From: Patescibacteria group bacterium
GTDB taxonomy: Bacteria > Patescibacteriota > Minisyncoccia > Phycocordibacterales > UBA9973
Direction: 5' to 3'
DNA: 64,000 nucleotides
Assembly: GCA_038061755.1 (NCBI GenBank)
Contig: JBBTYN010000002.1
Span: forward strand, 79,312 to 143,311
Positions 10,162-19,770 of this stretch are shown here, in pieces. The notes under the pieces are model-generated. The model saw only the letters and a list, made by a program, of their open reading frames with translations, searched no databases and was not told the DNA's origin. The number at the start of each line of letters is the position of its first letter. The first letter of the stretch is position 1. The translations under genes and the position numbers were made by a program.

Positions 10162-10996
10162 AAGAAAGGCGTAAGATAATTTCATGTGCAGCGTTTTGTG
10201 AATTGGTAATAACAATAGAATTATCATCTGCAAAGATATACATCATTACTATATTCCCATTTTTATCATAAAGAATACGAGCATTTTTGTTTTCAATAAA
10301 ACCATCTTGAAAATCTTTTGTTAAGAGAAAATTAGTATCAGCTGAAATATTTATTCCAAAAAATCCACTTAAGTCAGAAAACATTTTTCCTTCCCATACA
10401 GAAAGAGCACTAAAAATATCAGTAGCTGAACGCACCTTAAGCAAAATAAACAAGTTCTTAGATTCAGTGTTATTCACAAATCCAAGTAAAAAATTATCCT
10501 GAACAAAAAGTGTATTATCACCTGGAATAAAATTACTCTTAATTAAAGAAATAAATCGTCTAAGTCCTATAATTTGTTTATTTTCTATAAGATAAATTCC
10601 TTCTACGCCTCCCACTTTTACCTTAGTAGTATTAATTTCATTTAAAACAGTCTGTATTATTTCTTCTTTCTTTAGTCCAAAAATTTCTAAAAAGATGCTT
10701 TGATCGTTAAGAATTAACGGAATAAACTGATTTTCAACTAGCGTGATATTATTTTCTTTTTTAAGAAGGAAAAAAAATAAAATTATTGAGGCAAAAAATA
10801 TTAGTAAAAAACTGGCAAATATAAAAAGTTTATTTTTTTTTGAATCAAAGGACAAATTTTCCTTCTCCTCTTCATGTTTTTCTTCCCCATGAATTATTTT
10901 TTTAATTAAACCCGCTTTATCATTTTCAAGTACCTCAGCCATATCCCTAGCATAAGTTTCCACAATTTTATGTTCTATTTTTTTATCTTTTTCCAT
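10142..10996 (-). CDS. Membrane-anchored hypothetical protein
   Basis: ETY..D motif near the N-terminus, one TM helix; start MEKDKK overlaps the pnp end. Confidence 0.75.
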   Translation of the reverse strand: MEKDKKIEHKIVETYARDMAEVLENDKAGLIKKIIHGEEKHEEEKENLSFDSKKNKLFIFASFLLIFFASIILFFFLLKKENNITLVENQFIPLILNDQSIFLEIFGLKKEEIIQTVLNEINTTKVKVGGVEGIYLIENKQIIGLRRFISLIKSNFIPGDNTLFVQDNFLLGFVNNTESKNLFILLKVRSATDIFSALSVWEGKMFSDLSGFFGINISADTNFLLTKDFQDGFIENKNARILYDKNGNIVMMYIFADDNSIVITNSQNAAHEIILRLSSSQKKQ

Positions 10997-13100
10997 TGAA
11001 AAAATCTTTATCTGCTTCTTTGATAGATAAACTAATTTTCCCTCTTTCTTTATCAACACTGATAACTTTGACTGGCACTATTGTGCCTTCCTTTATTATA
11101 TCTAATATTTTATCTACACGAAATGGCGCCATTTCGGAAATATGCACCATCCCATCAGTAAAAGGATTAAGAGCCACAAAAACTCCAAAATCAGCAATCT
11201 TTACAACCTCTCCTTTTAATATTTCTCCCACCTTGAATTCATGCGTCATTTCTTCGATAATCTCTTTAGCTTTTTTCGCTGACCCATCTTTTCCAGTCAG
11301 ATACACTGTCCCATCATCTTCAATGGTTATTTCTGCGCCAGATTTTTCCTTAATTTCTTTAATTGTTTTTCCTCCACCACCGATAACCATGCCAATTTTT
11401 TCAGGATTAATTTTAATAATTAAAATTTCTGGCGCATTTGGAGAAATATTTGCGCGAGGTTTTGAAATTTCTTTTTCAATTCTATCAATAATAGCTACTC
11501 GCGCATTTTTAGACTGCCTCATTGCTTCACCTAATATTTTTATCGGCACACCTTCTACTTTTACATCTAGCTGGATAGCTGTTACCCCCTCTCTTGTTCC
11601 TGCAATTTTAAAATCCATATCACCATAGTGATCTTCAGGCCCTTGAATATCTGTCAGAATTTTATACTTACTATCTGACTCATACATTAATCCCATAGCA
11701 ATGCCAGCGACTGGAGCCAAAATCGGCACTCCTCCATCCATCAATGCAAGAACTGAAGCGCAAATCGAAGCTTGAGAGGTTGAACCATTTGAGGCCATTG
11801 ATTCAGAAACTAAACGCATTGTATATGGAAATTCAGAAACTGGAGGCAATACCATTGCAAGCGCTTTTTCAGCGAGCGCTCCATGACCGATTTCTCGGCG
11901 ATTAGTAAAACCTGTTCTTCCTACCTCCCCTGAAGAGTATGGTGGAAAATTATAATGATGCATAAATCTTTTCTCTACTTTTAATTGTAAACCATCAACT
12001 AAATTTCTATCTTCTGGTCCTCCTAAAGTTAAAACAGAAAGTACATGTGTTCCCCCACGATAAAAAATTCCTGAACCATGAAGTTGTGATGAAATACCTC
12101 CCGCTTGCGCATATAAGTCACGAAGCTCATCCATCGCTCTTCCGTCTGCGCGCTTATTTTCTTCTATTGCTTTTTTATGTAAGATTTCATTTTCAGTATC
12201 ATCAAATAAATTATCTTCCAAACTAAAATCTTCTCGAAGTGGATTTTTTTCTCGTATTAAATTATTCCAAATAGTGTGCAATGCATCTATCTTTTCTTTT
12301 CCAGCTCCAGCAAATAGAGCATCTTCCATCTTAGGTAAAATATTTTCATTAAATAAAACTATTGACTCTTCTGCTATTTTTTCTTTTTCTATTATTCTCT
12401 TTTCTTTGCCAATTTCTTTAACAATATTTTTTTGAAAATTTTCCAATTTTGCTATATCAAAACTAGCTTTTTGTAAAGCAAGTTCTAATTCTTCTTCTTT
12501 ACTTTGACGCGCAGAAGCTTCAATCATATTTATATTTCCGTCTTTACCACAAACAGTTAAGTCAAATTTATATTGTGTGTCCTCATTTAGACGCAAATTT
12601 TGTGGCGGATTAATTTTAAGGTCATCGTTGTCATACTTACCAATACGTACACAACCGATAGGACCATTCCATGGAATATTTGAAACAGATAGAGCGAGCG
12701 AAGCCGCGTTCACCGCTAAAATTGTCGGATCATTATCATCTACTGAAAGCACAGTCACAATGACTTGCACTGCATGACGCATTGATTGATCAAAAAGGGG
12801 TCGAAGGGTGCGGTCTATAACTCGACAAGCCAATATCGCTTCTTCAGAGGGTTTCCCTTCTCGACGAACAAAACGAGAACCTAAGATTTTTCCAGCCGCA
12901 TAAAATTTTTCTACATAGTCAACAGTCAAATTAAAAAATCCCAAGCCTTGTTGTTTGTCATGGGACATACAAACAGTAGCGAGGACAATGGTCTCTCCAT
13001 ATTTTAATATTACTGAACCGTGCGCCTGTTCTGCTAAATCAGTAAAAATAGCAGTTAATATTTTTCCTCCAATCTCTACACTATATTCTTTTTTTTGCAT
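10983..13100 (-). CDS. pnp: Polyribonucleotide nucleotidyltransferase
   Basis: RREIGHGALA, SNGSTS, GDMDFK motifs; KH and S1 domains. Confidence 0.97.
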   Translation of the reverse strand: MQKKEYSVEIGGKILTAIFTDLAEQAHGSVILKYGETIVLATVCMSHDKQQGLGFFNLTVDYVEKFYAAGKILGSRFVRREGKPSEEAILACRVIDRTLRPLFDQSMRHAVQVIVTVLSVDDNDPTILAVNAASLALSVSNIPWNGPIGCVRIGKYDNDDLKINPPQNLRLNEDTQYKFDLTVCGKDGNINMIEASARQSKEEELELALQKASFDIAKLENFQKNIVKEIGKEKRIIEKEKIAEESIVLFNENILPKMEDALFAGAGKEKIDALHTIWNNLIREKNPLREDFSLEDNLFDDTENEILHKKAIEENKRADGRAMDELRDLYAQAGGISSQLHGSGIFYRGGTHVLSVLTLGGPEDRNLVDGLQLKVEKRFMHHYNFPPYSSGEVGRTGFTNRREIGHGALAEKALAMVLPPVSEFPYTMRLVSESMASNGSTSQASICASVLALMDGGVPILAPVAGIAMGLMYESDSKYKILTDIQGPEDHYGDMDFKIAGTREGVTAIQLDVKVEGVPIKILGEAMRQSKNARVAIIDRIEKEISKPRANISPNAPEILIIKINPEKIGMVIGGGGKTIKEIKEKSGAEITIEDDGTVYLTGKDGSAKKAKEIIEEMTHEFKVGEILKGEVVKIADFGVFVALNPFTDGMVHISEMAPFRVDKILDIIKEGTIVPVKVISVDKERGKISLSIKEADKDFFNGKR

Positions 13101-13137
13101 CTGTATAGATTAGCATTTTTATTCCAAAAAGCAAAAA

Positions 13138-13647
13138 TTATTTAGAACTCATTAAATATTTTCTTGGATTTTCAGACAAGTCCACAAAATCATCTACCAC
13201 TTCACGAAGTTTACTGGAAGTTGATTTACCAAATGAAACTACTTCCACTTGCACGCCAATAGTCTGTAGATATTCTACGAGCGGGATAAAATCTCCATCA
13301 CCAGAAATTATCACGACAGAATCAAGACGAGGTGACATTTTTATAGCATCAACAGCAAGCCCCACATCCCAATCTGCTTTCTTTGCTCCACCAGCAAATA
13401 CTTGTAAATCTTTTGTTTTGGTTTCAATGCCAAGTTTAGATAATGCTTCAAAAAAATTCTTTTCATCTCCTGCCTCTGTGGTGATAACATAAGCAACAGC
13501 CCGCACGAGCTTTCGCCCAGCTACTGCATCTTTTAAAACTGCGCCAAAATTAACTCGCGCTTGATATAAATTTCGAGCGCTATGATATAAATTTTGAGTA
13601 TCAATAAAAACCCCAACTCTCTGTTCTTTATGTTTTATAACTGTCAT
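13138..13647 (-). CDS. NYN domain (LabA/DUF88) protein
   Basis: FIDTQNL, KADWDVGLAVD, SGDGDF motifs. Confidence 0.9.
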   Translation of the reverse strand: MTVIKHKEQRVGVFIDTQNLYHSARNLYQARVNFGAVLKDAVAGRKLVRAVAYVITTEAGDEKNFFEALSKLGIETKTKDLQVFAGGAKKADWDVGLAVDAIKMSPRLDSVVIISGDGDFIPLVEYLQTIGVQVEVVSFGKSTSSKLREVVDDFVDLSENPRKYLMSSK

Positions 13648-13674
13648 GTGTTAATTATAACAAAAATAAAAAGC

Positions 13675-13938
13675 TTACACGAGCTCCATCTTTTTCATCA
13701 AAGCAGTATAACGAGGCTTGCTTTTACGTTCCAAATATTTCAAATGAGTACGTCTGTCAGCAACCATCTTAATTAACCCTCGACGAGAATGATTGTCTTT
13801 TTTGTGCTTCTTTAAATGTTTTGCTAATTCAGAAATCTGAGTAGATAAAACAGCCACCTGCACCTCTGAAGAACCTGTATCTTTATCATGTACCTGATTT
13901 TTCTTTATAACTGCTTGCTTTTTCTTGGTAGTTAACAT
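13675..13938 (-). CDS. rpsO: 30S ribosomal protein S15
   Basis: [21 protein letters not shown] motifs. Confidence 0.97.
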   Translation of the reverse strand: MLTTKKKQAVIKKNQVHDKDTGSSEVQVAVLSTQISELAKHLKKHKKDNHSRRGLIKMVADRRTHLKYLERKSKPRYTALMKKMELV

Positions 13939-14019
13939 ATTCACAATATTAACACAAAACTGCTATAATTGCAATATGTCATCTTTAAAACAGTTAAATA
14001 CTCAAATTTTAATACCGAA

Positions 14020-14790
14020 ATGAAAATAATTTCTTGGAATACAAATGGATTACGGGCAACGGCAAAACAAGGGTTCTTTACTCCCCTATTCCAAAAATAC
14101 AAGCCTGATATTTTATGCTTACAGGAAACAAAAGCTACCCCAGAACAGTTGCTTGAAGAAGTGCGAAATTTTTCTGGATATTACTCTTACTTTTCACATC
14201 CAAAAATCAAAAAAGGATATAGCGGTGTAGCTATTTATACTAAAGAAAAACCAAGAGAAGTTTTTTATGGTATGGGCATCAAAGCATTGGACGATGAAGG
14301 AAGATTGCTAGGCATAAAATTAAAAAATTTCACCATAATCACCGGCTACTTTCCAAATGGTGGTCAGGGACCACACCGATTAAAATACAAACTGGAATTT
14401 TACGAAGCTTTTCTGAAATTTATCCTAAAACTACGAAGAGATGACGAAAATGTAATTTTCTGCGGAGATATAAACACTGCTCACAATCCCATAGACCTCG
14501 CCAGACCAAAAGCAAATGAAGAAAATACTGGCTTCTTGCCCATAGAACGCGCCTGGATTGATAAAGTAATAAAAAATAAATTTATTGATGTGTTTAGAAA
14601 ATTCTATCCAGAAAAAACAGGTGCCTATACATATTGGGATATAAAAACTCGCGCTCGAGATCGCAATGTCGGTTGGCGCCTTGATTATTTTTTTGCCGAT
14701 GAAAAAATAGTGCCAAAAATAAAGACCACTGGAATGCTAAATGATTATCTGGGCTCAGACCATTGTCCGCTGTGGATTACTTTGAGCTAG
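14020..14790 (+). CDS. xth: Exodeoxyribonuclease III
   Basis: SWNTNGLR, CLQETK, GDIN, GWRLDY, SDHCP motifs. Confidence 0.95.
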   Translation: MKIISWNTNGLRATAKQGFFTPLFQKYKPDILCLQETKATPEQLLEEVRNFSGYYSYFSHPKIKKGYSGVAIYTKEKPREVFYGMGIKALDDEGRLLGIKLKNFTIITGYFPNGGQGPHRLKYKLEFYEAFLKFILKLRRDDENVIFCGDINTAHNPIDLARPKANEENTGFLPIERAWIDKVIKNKFIDVFRKFYPEKTGAYTYWDIKTRARDRNVGWRLDYFFADEKIVPKIKTTGMLNDYLGSDHCPLWITLS

Positions 14791-14818
14791 AAATATAATT
14801 TCGTGCTATTATTTTTAT

Positions 14819-15481
14819 ATGAACCACAGTAGATTAGATCAGCTTTCCGATGGCATCTTTGCCATCGTTATGACAATTCTTGTTTTTGAAATTAAAATAC
14901 CAGCTCTCTGGGGGCCGATAGACAATTTGGGTCTTTGGCTTCAAATTGAAAAATTATTTCCATTACTCTTAAGTTATGTTTTAAGCTTTGCCCTGCTCTT
15001 TACCTATTGGCGAGCACACCATTTTTTTATTTCTATATATGCAAAAAACATAGACTCCATGCTTACCAACATTAATGCATTATTTTTTATGTTTATAAGC
15101 TTAATACCTTTCTCCGCTAGTATCCTTGGACAATATAATAAAAACGAATTAGCTGTTATTATTTTTAGTATTCACACAAGCCTAATCAGTCTCACACTAT
15201 ACTGGATGCGTAGATATGTTTTATTTTCTCCGCATATAAAAAATCCAGAAATTAGTAAAAGAGAAATTCGTGGTAGCACGATTCGCACCTTAGTGCCTGT
15301 ATTTTTTGCTCTTATTGCTATTCCGCTTTGCTTTTTCAGCATAAAGCTCGCTCTTACCCTGCTTACCCTAGTAGTTATTTTCAATCTATCTTCTTACAGT
15401 ACTGTTCTTTTTGAAAATATTCTAAAAAAACTCCATCAGCTTTTATTTGGCGCTGACACCAAGGGTCATTTTGCAGACTAA
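14819..15481 (+). CDS. TMEM175 family potassium channel
   Basis: SRLDQLSDGIFAIVMTILV N-terminal motif, WRAHH, multiple TM helices. Confidence 0.85.
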   Translation: MNHSRLDQLSDGIFAIVMTILVFEIKIPALWGPIDNLGLWLQIEKLFPLLLSYVLSFALLFTYWRAHHFFISIYAKNIDSMLTNINALFFMFISLIPFSASILGQYNKNELAVIIFSIHTSLISLTLYWMRRYVLFSPHIKNPEISKREIRGSTIRTLVPVFFALIAIPLCFFSIKLALTLLTLVVIFNLSSYSTVLFENILKKLHQLLFGADTKGHFAD

Positions 15482-15525
15482 AAAAGTTATGCAAAAACTT
15501 GCTACCAACAAGAAATATATTAATT

Positions 15526-16875
15526 TTATTTATGCGCATCTTGAATCTCTTCGTAAAGAGATTCATCTACCCACTTAAATTCGTGCCAACGTTGATATAC
15601 TGAATCAGCTATATATATGTATGTTCCATTTTTTTTTCTTTTTTTAACAATAGGCGCACCAGGTTTTTCTATTAAATCATATTTAATTTCCTTTAGACTT
15701 ATTCCTGATTTAACATGGGCATCACTAATAAATTTTTCAAATACACTTTCAGGACACCCGCCGTCTAGGCGCGTACGTGCAGTAATAAGTTTTACCACGT
15801 CATATTTATCATGATGCATCTCTCCTTCTTCATTTTTATTATCTAGATCCACAAGTTGAATTTCAAATTGCCCACCATGAGAAGAAGAATGTAATTTACC
15901 AATTATAAACAATGCTTCAAACTTTCCTCCAGATAAAGGATTCGGCTTTTCATTACTCAATAATGCTTTAAGGTTCTCAGAAAATTTTTTTATTTGTTGT
16001 GTTGAAAAAAAAGATTTATTTTCAATTTTTATATCCATCGCTTTCATTTTTTTAGTAAGCCATTCATATAAAATCGGTAACAATTTTATTGCTTGATTTT
16101 TATCAATAGTTATTCTAGATGCTATACCATCTTTCAAGGCAGTCTTCGCATCTGATTCTGGTCTAGAAAGAAAACGAAGTATTAATTTTTCAAAATCTTT
16201 TGGACGCGAATTAATAATACCTTCAAGGTTACTATCGTCTATAGCACGAAATCTCTTTCCCACTGCGTTATATTCACCAGAAAAAACAAAAGGGGTATCT
16301 GTTGAAGCACCATTTTCTGATGGAGAAGAAACAAGAGCCCCTTCAAAGTCTTCAGTAATTTTTTTTAGTAATTTACTATCATTCTTCAATGCTTCATAGG
16401 TTGCTATTGTTGTTTTAACTAAACGACAATATTTTATTGACTTACTCAAGCCACCCTTATCTGCAACCAACTTCACTCTTTTAAGAATATCAAAAATATC
16501 TTTTTTTGATGAGATAGATTGTACTTCTATAAACAATTCTGCTTCTGGATATTTTAATGTATCTCTCAAAAAATTCTTTGCTGCTTGATAAGCATAGTTT
16601 AAAAGATGATACTTTTTAGCTGATTCCTGTGAATTTCCGTTTTCTAAAATAATTTCAGGCTTAATTCCCATTTCTTTTTTAATCCATTGAAGAAAATCTT
16701 CCTCTGTTGAATCAGGACGAAGTCCTTGAAAATCAATAGATGTTGGCCTGTGTTCTGAGCTAACAATATCTAATTTCCCCTCCAATAAAGATTTCATCGC
16801 AGTAAATTTTTTTTCTGTAACATCTGGATCTTCGTATGGAGGGAATATTTTTTTTTCTGGAATACCTTCTTTCAT
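15526..16875 (-). CDS. Hypothetical protein with RelA/SpoT-like nucleotidyltransferase motifs
   Basis: SRPK, KDGIASRITI and FEIQLV occur in synthetase order. Confidence 0.5.
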   Translation of the reverse strand: MKEGIPEKKIFPPYEDPDVTEKKFTAMKSLLEGKLDIVSSEHRPTSIDFQGLRPDSTEEDFLQWIKKEMGIKPEIILENGNSQESAKKYHLLNYAYQAAKNFLRDTLKYPEAELFIEVQSISSKKDIFDILKRVKLVADKGGLSKSIKYCRLVKTTIATYEALKNDSKLLKKITEDFEGALVSSPSENGASTDTPFVFSGEYNAVGKRFRAIDDSNLEGIINSRPKDFEKLILRFLSRPESDAKTALKDGIASRITIDKNQAIKLLPILYEWLTKKMKAMDIKIENKSFFSTQQIKKFSENLKALLSNEKPNPLSGGKFEALFIIGKLHSSSHGGQFEIQLVDLDNKNEEGEMHHDKYDVVKLITARTRLDGGCPESVFEKFISDAHVKSGISLKEIKYDLIEKPGAPIVKKRKKNGTYIYIADSVYQRWHEFKWVDESLYEEIQDAHK

Positions 16876-16926
16876 ATATGTTTTATTATAATTTTAATCT
16901 TCCAAACTAACAAGTTTTTTCTTTAC

Positions 16927-18510
16927 TTACCCTACTTTATGTTTCGTGTGTAATTTTTTTACCTCTTCTTCCTCCAATTCTTCTTTTTTATCTTTCCCGC
17001 GCAAGCCAAGAATCTTAAGTTCTGCATCACCAAGCATATTTAACGATTTAATCAATTCCGATAAATGTTCCACAGTGTTTTTCTCAGGAGCATCCAGCAC
17101 TTCTTCAAGTAAAGCATGCAAAATCCATCCCATTCGTGGTCCTGGAGCAATTTTGAGTTCCTTCATCATAAATTCTCCGTTAATTTTTAGCTGTCCGACA
17201 GAAATTGGATCTCTTAAGGACTCTTCTATCATTACAAAATACTTTCGTAAACGATATGGGGCTTCTGTCTTTTTCATTCCTACTCTGTCACATTCTCTAA
17301 CTTTCATAAGATCCCAGATAGGATGATTTTCTTTCTTGCCCGCCAAAGCTTTAGCGTCGGCGGGGCCAACTTTTGCAACAATTCTTCGCACTGCTGAAAG
17401 TGTAATTAATTCTGTATCAGAAAAAAACATATGATTGCGTACAAGCTTGGATACTAATTCAATTTCTTTTTTTGGAAATTTTAATCTCTCCATTATTTTT
17501 TTTACCATTCGCGTACTGATAACTTCGTGGCCATAGAAAGTATATTTCTTTTTGGCTGAACTCTCGGTCTCTCTTCTTGCTCGTGGCTTTCCAATATCGT
17601 GAAAAAGCGCTGCAAGCCTTATTTCTAAAGACCAATTCTTGTTTGAAGCATGCATGAGCGCGTGAAGTAAGTGATTCCACACATCATAAATATGTTCCCC
17701 CGATTGCTCACAACCTATTCCCTCTTCTAACTCTGGAATTATATTTTTTAACAAATTAAATTTGTGCAACATTGCAATTCCACTCGCAGAATTTTCTGAC
17801 ATAATTATTTTTACAAACTCATCACGAATTCTTTCTTTGGATATTTTTTTTATTAAATCTGAATTTTTTAAAATACTTTCTGTTGTTTCATACGACACAA
17901 AAAAATTAAGTTGGCAAGAAAAACGTACCACGCGCAACATACGCAATGCATCTTCCTGAAATCTATTATCAGGATTACCGACAGCTTTTAAGGTCTTGTT
18001 TTTGATGTCCTTTATACCATCAAACAAATCAATTAGATGTCCTTTAGAATTTAAAGCCAGAGCATTGACTGTAAAATCACGTCTTTTAAGGTCATCTTCT
18101 ATCTTATCACTAAATTTTACCTCATCAGGATGCCTAAAATCGCTATATTTTGCTTCAGTTCTATAAGGTGTAACCTCAACGATATAATTAGGTTCTAGGT
18201 TAAAGGTTCTAGGCTCTAGTGTTTCTTGTGAAACATCAATTTTAGATGTTCCTCGTGAAACAACCACACCCACTGTTCCAAAAGTATTCTCATAAACCGT
18301 CTTTTCAAAAAGATTAATAATTTGCTCTGGTTTGGCATTTGTCGTAATATCCCAATCTTTTGGCTCTTTATCCATTAAAAGATCACGCACGCATCCTCCG
18401 ACTAGGTATGCCTCAAAACCAGCTTTTTCAAGTGTGCTAGTTACATGTGAAACTTCTTTTGGTATCTTTGATATTAAGTTTTTAGTATCTTGTTTCACAA
18501 CTTTGTGCAC
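16927..18510 (-). CDS. cca: CCA tRNA nucleotidyltransferase with HD domain
   Basis: VGGCVRD, DWDITT, RRDFTVNA, EDALRMLR, HDIGK motifs; start uncertain (GTG 18510 or 18498). Confidence 0.93.
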   Translation of the reverse strand: MHKVVKQDTKNLISKIPKEVSHVTSTLEKAGFEAYLVGGCVRDLLMDKEPKDWDITTNAKPEQIINLFEKTVYENTFGTVGVVVSRGTSKIDVSQETLEPRTFNLEPNYIVEVTPYRTEAKYSDFRHPDEVKFSDKIEDDLKRRDFTVNALALNSKGHLIDLFDGIKDIKNKTLKAVGNPDNRFQEDALRMLRVVRFSCQLNFFVSYETTESILKNSDLIKKISKERIRDEFVKIIMSENSASGIAMLHKFNLLKNIIPELEEGIGCEQSGEHIYDVWNHLLHALMHASNKNWSLEIRLAALFHDIGKPRARRETESSAKKKYTFYGHEVISTRMVKKIMERLKFPKKEIELVSKLVRNHMFFSDTELITLSAVRRIVAKVGPADAKALAGKKENHPIWDLMKVRECDRVGMKKTEAPYRLRKYFVMIEESLRDPISVGQLKINGEFMMKELKIAPGPRMGWILHALLEEVLDAPEKNTVEHLSELIKSLNMLGDAELKILGLRGKDKKEELEEEEVKKLHTKHKVG

Positions 18511-18577
18511 TCGGGGGGATTCGAACCCTCAATAATAGTTCCGAAGACTATTGTGATATCCATTTCACTACGAGTGC
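18506..18577 (-). tRNA. tRNA-Arg(TCG)
   Basis: GCACTCG acceptor stem, anticodon arm ATAGT-ctTCGga-ACTAT, GGTTCGAATCC; CCA not encoded. Confidence 0.92.
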
Positions 18578-18716
18578 AGAATTAATTTAATAATATTATA
18601 TATTTTACACTATTTAAAAAATATTGGCAAATAACGCTTGTTTTGCAGACTTATTTTCCAATTGCATTAGTTATAATAAAATACTATAATAAATTTGTTA
18701 TTTTAAAAAAGTAAAA

Positions 18717-18827
18717 GCGGTCATATTTGGTGGTCTTTAGACATAAATGATTAATGGTCATATTTGGTGGTTTTTAGACATAGATAATTTGCGGTCATAT
18801 TTGGTGGTCTTTGTACATACATAAAAA
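18717..18827 (+). repeat. Three 37-bp-period direct repeats resembling the tRNA-Gly 5' end
   Basis: GCGGTCATATTTGGTGGTCTTTAGACATA-like units at 18717, 18754, 18791; the tRNA starts at 18828. Confidence 0.9.
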
Positions 18828-18898
18828 GCGGTCATGGTTTAGTGGTAGAACACGTCCTTGCCAAGGATGAGACGAGAGTTCGATTCTCTCTGGCCGCA
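18828..18898 (+). tRNA. tRNA-Gly(GCC)
   Basis: Cloverleaf with anticodon arm CGTCC-ttGCCaa-GGATG and T loop TTCGATT. Confidence 0.93.
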
Positions 18899-19138
18899 CA
18901 AAAAAATGATGTCCATTAATTTTTGCTTATTTAATAAGGATTTTATTGTAACTGTGGATAACTATGTTAGTACTGTTCATAAAGGACATTATTAAAAACT
19001 GTCTTTTAATATCATTTTTAATTAAAATAGCTTGTAAAATAAGAATATATCAATAAAAGACATTAAAATTTAATAATAAGTTTCACGTGAAACATAAATA
19101 GACCATGTGCCATGTGAAACTATAAATTATATAGATAA

Positions 19139-19546
19139 ATGCCTAAAGTATTCACATCAAAAACACAGAAAACAGGAGAAATTGGAGAAAATATAGCTGT
19201 TAAGTTTCTCGTGAAACATAATTTTCTGGTATTAAATAGAAATTACACCAAAAAATGGGGTGAAATAGATATCATAGCTGAAAAAAATAATAAATTATAC
19301 TTTATTGAAGTAAAATCAGTTGCACGTGAAACACTTGAAAATGTTTTACATGAAACATCTGACTACAGACCTGAAGATAATATGCATCCGTGGAAATTAA
19401 AACGTTTATCACGAACAATTCAAACTTATCTTTTATCTAAAAAAATACCAGATGAAAAAGAATGGCAAATAGATTTATTAGTTGTGTTCCTTGATATGAA
19501 AAATAAAAAAGCAAAAATAAAAGTGGTCAATGATATTATTTTATGA
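19139..19546 (+). CDS. YraN (UPF0102) family protein
   Basis: GEIGE..A, RNY...GEIDII, FIEVK motifs. Confidence 0.9.
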   Translation: MPKVFTSKTQKTGEIGENIAVKFLVKHNFLVLNRNYTKKWGEIDIIAEKNNKLYFIEVKSVARETLENVLHETSDYRPEDNMHPWKLKRLSRTIQTYLLSKKIPDEKEWQIDLLVVFLDMKNKKAKIKVVNDIIL

Positions 19547-19602
19547 TATATTAAATTGACGTTTTGGTAAAAGCGGGCTTACCCGCCAAAGCCTTTGCAA
19601 AA

Positions 19603-19673
19603 CGGGCTGTAGTATACCGGTAGTACAAGTGCTTTGGGAGCATTTAGACTGGGTTCAATTCCCAGCAGCCCGA
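19603..19673 (+). tRNA. tRNA-Pro(TGG)
   Basis: CGGGCTG/CAGCCCG acceptor stem, anticodon loop ttTGGga, GGTTCAATTCC. Confidence 0.9.
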
Positions 19674-19677
19674 CATT

Positions 19678-19748
19678 GCGGGATTAGTTTAGTGGTAGAA
19701 TAAGAGTTTTCCAAACTCTGGGCAGGCGTTCGATTCGCCTATCCCGCA
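19678..19748 (+). tRNA. tRNA-Gly(TCC)
   Basis: GCGGGAT/ATCCCGC acceptor stem, anticodon arm AGAGT-ttTCCaa-ACTCT. Confidence 0.93.
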
Positions 19749-19770
19749 CATAATTTAAATAATTAAAGTT

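Larger units (their letters stand above)
18220..19357. promoter_or_regulatory. Cluster of eight parS-like 16-bp palindromes
   Basis: Matches to TGTTTCACGTGAAACA starting at 18220, 18247, 18439, 19079, 19106, 19203, 19318, 19342. Confidence 0.85.

Noticed and set aside
10996-11628. 210-aa antisense ORF in pnp and similar shadow ORFs
   Set aside because: They mirror well-supported genes on the opposite strand and show no motifs.
18717-18827. CRISPR array
   Set aside because: Variable parts are only 8 nt, the repeats are not palindromic and resemble the adjacent tRNA, and no cas genes are present.
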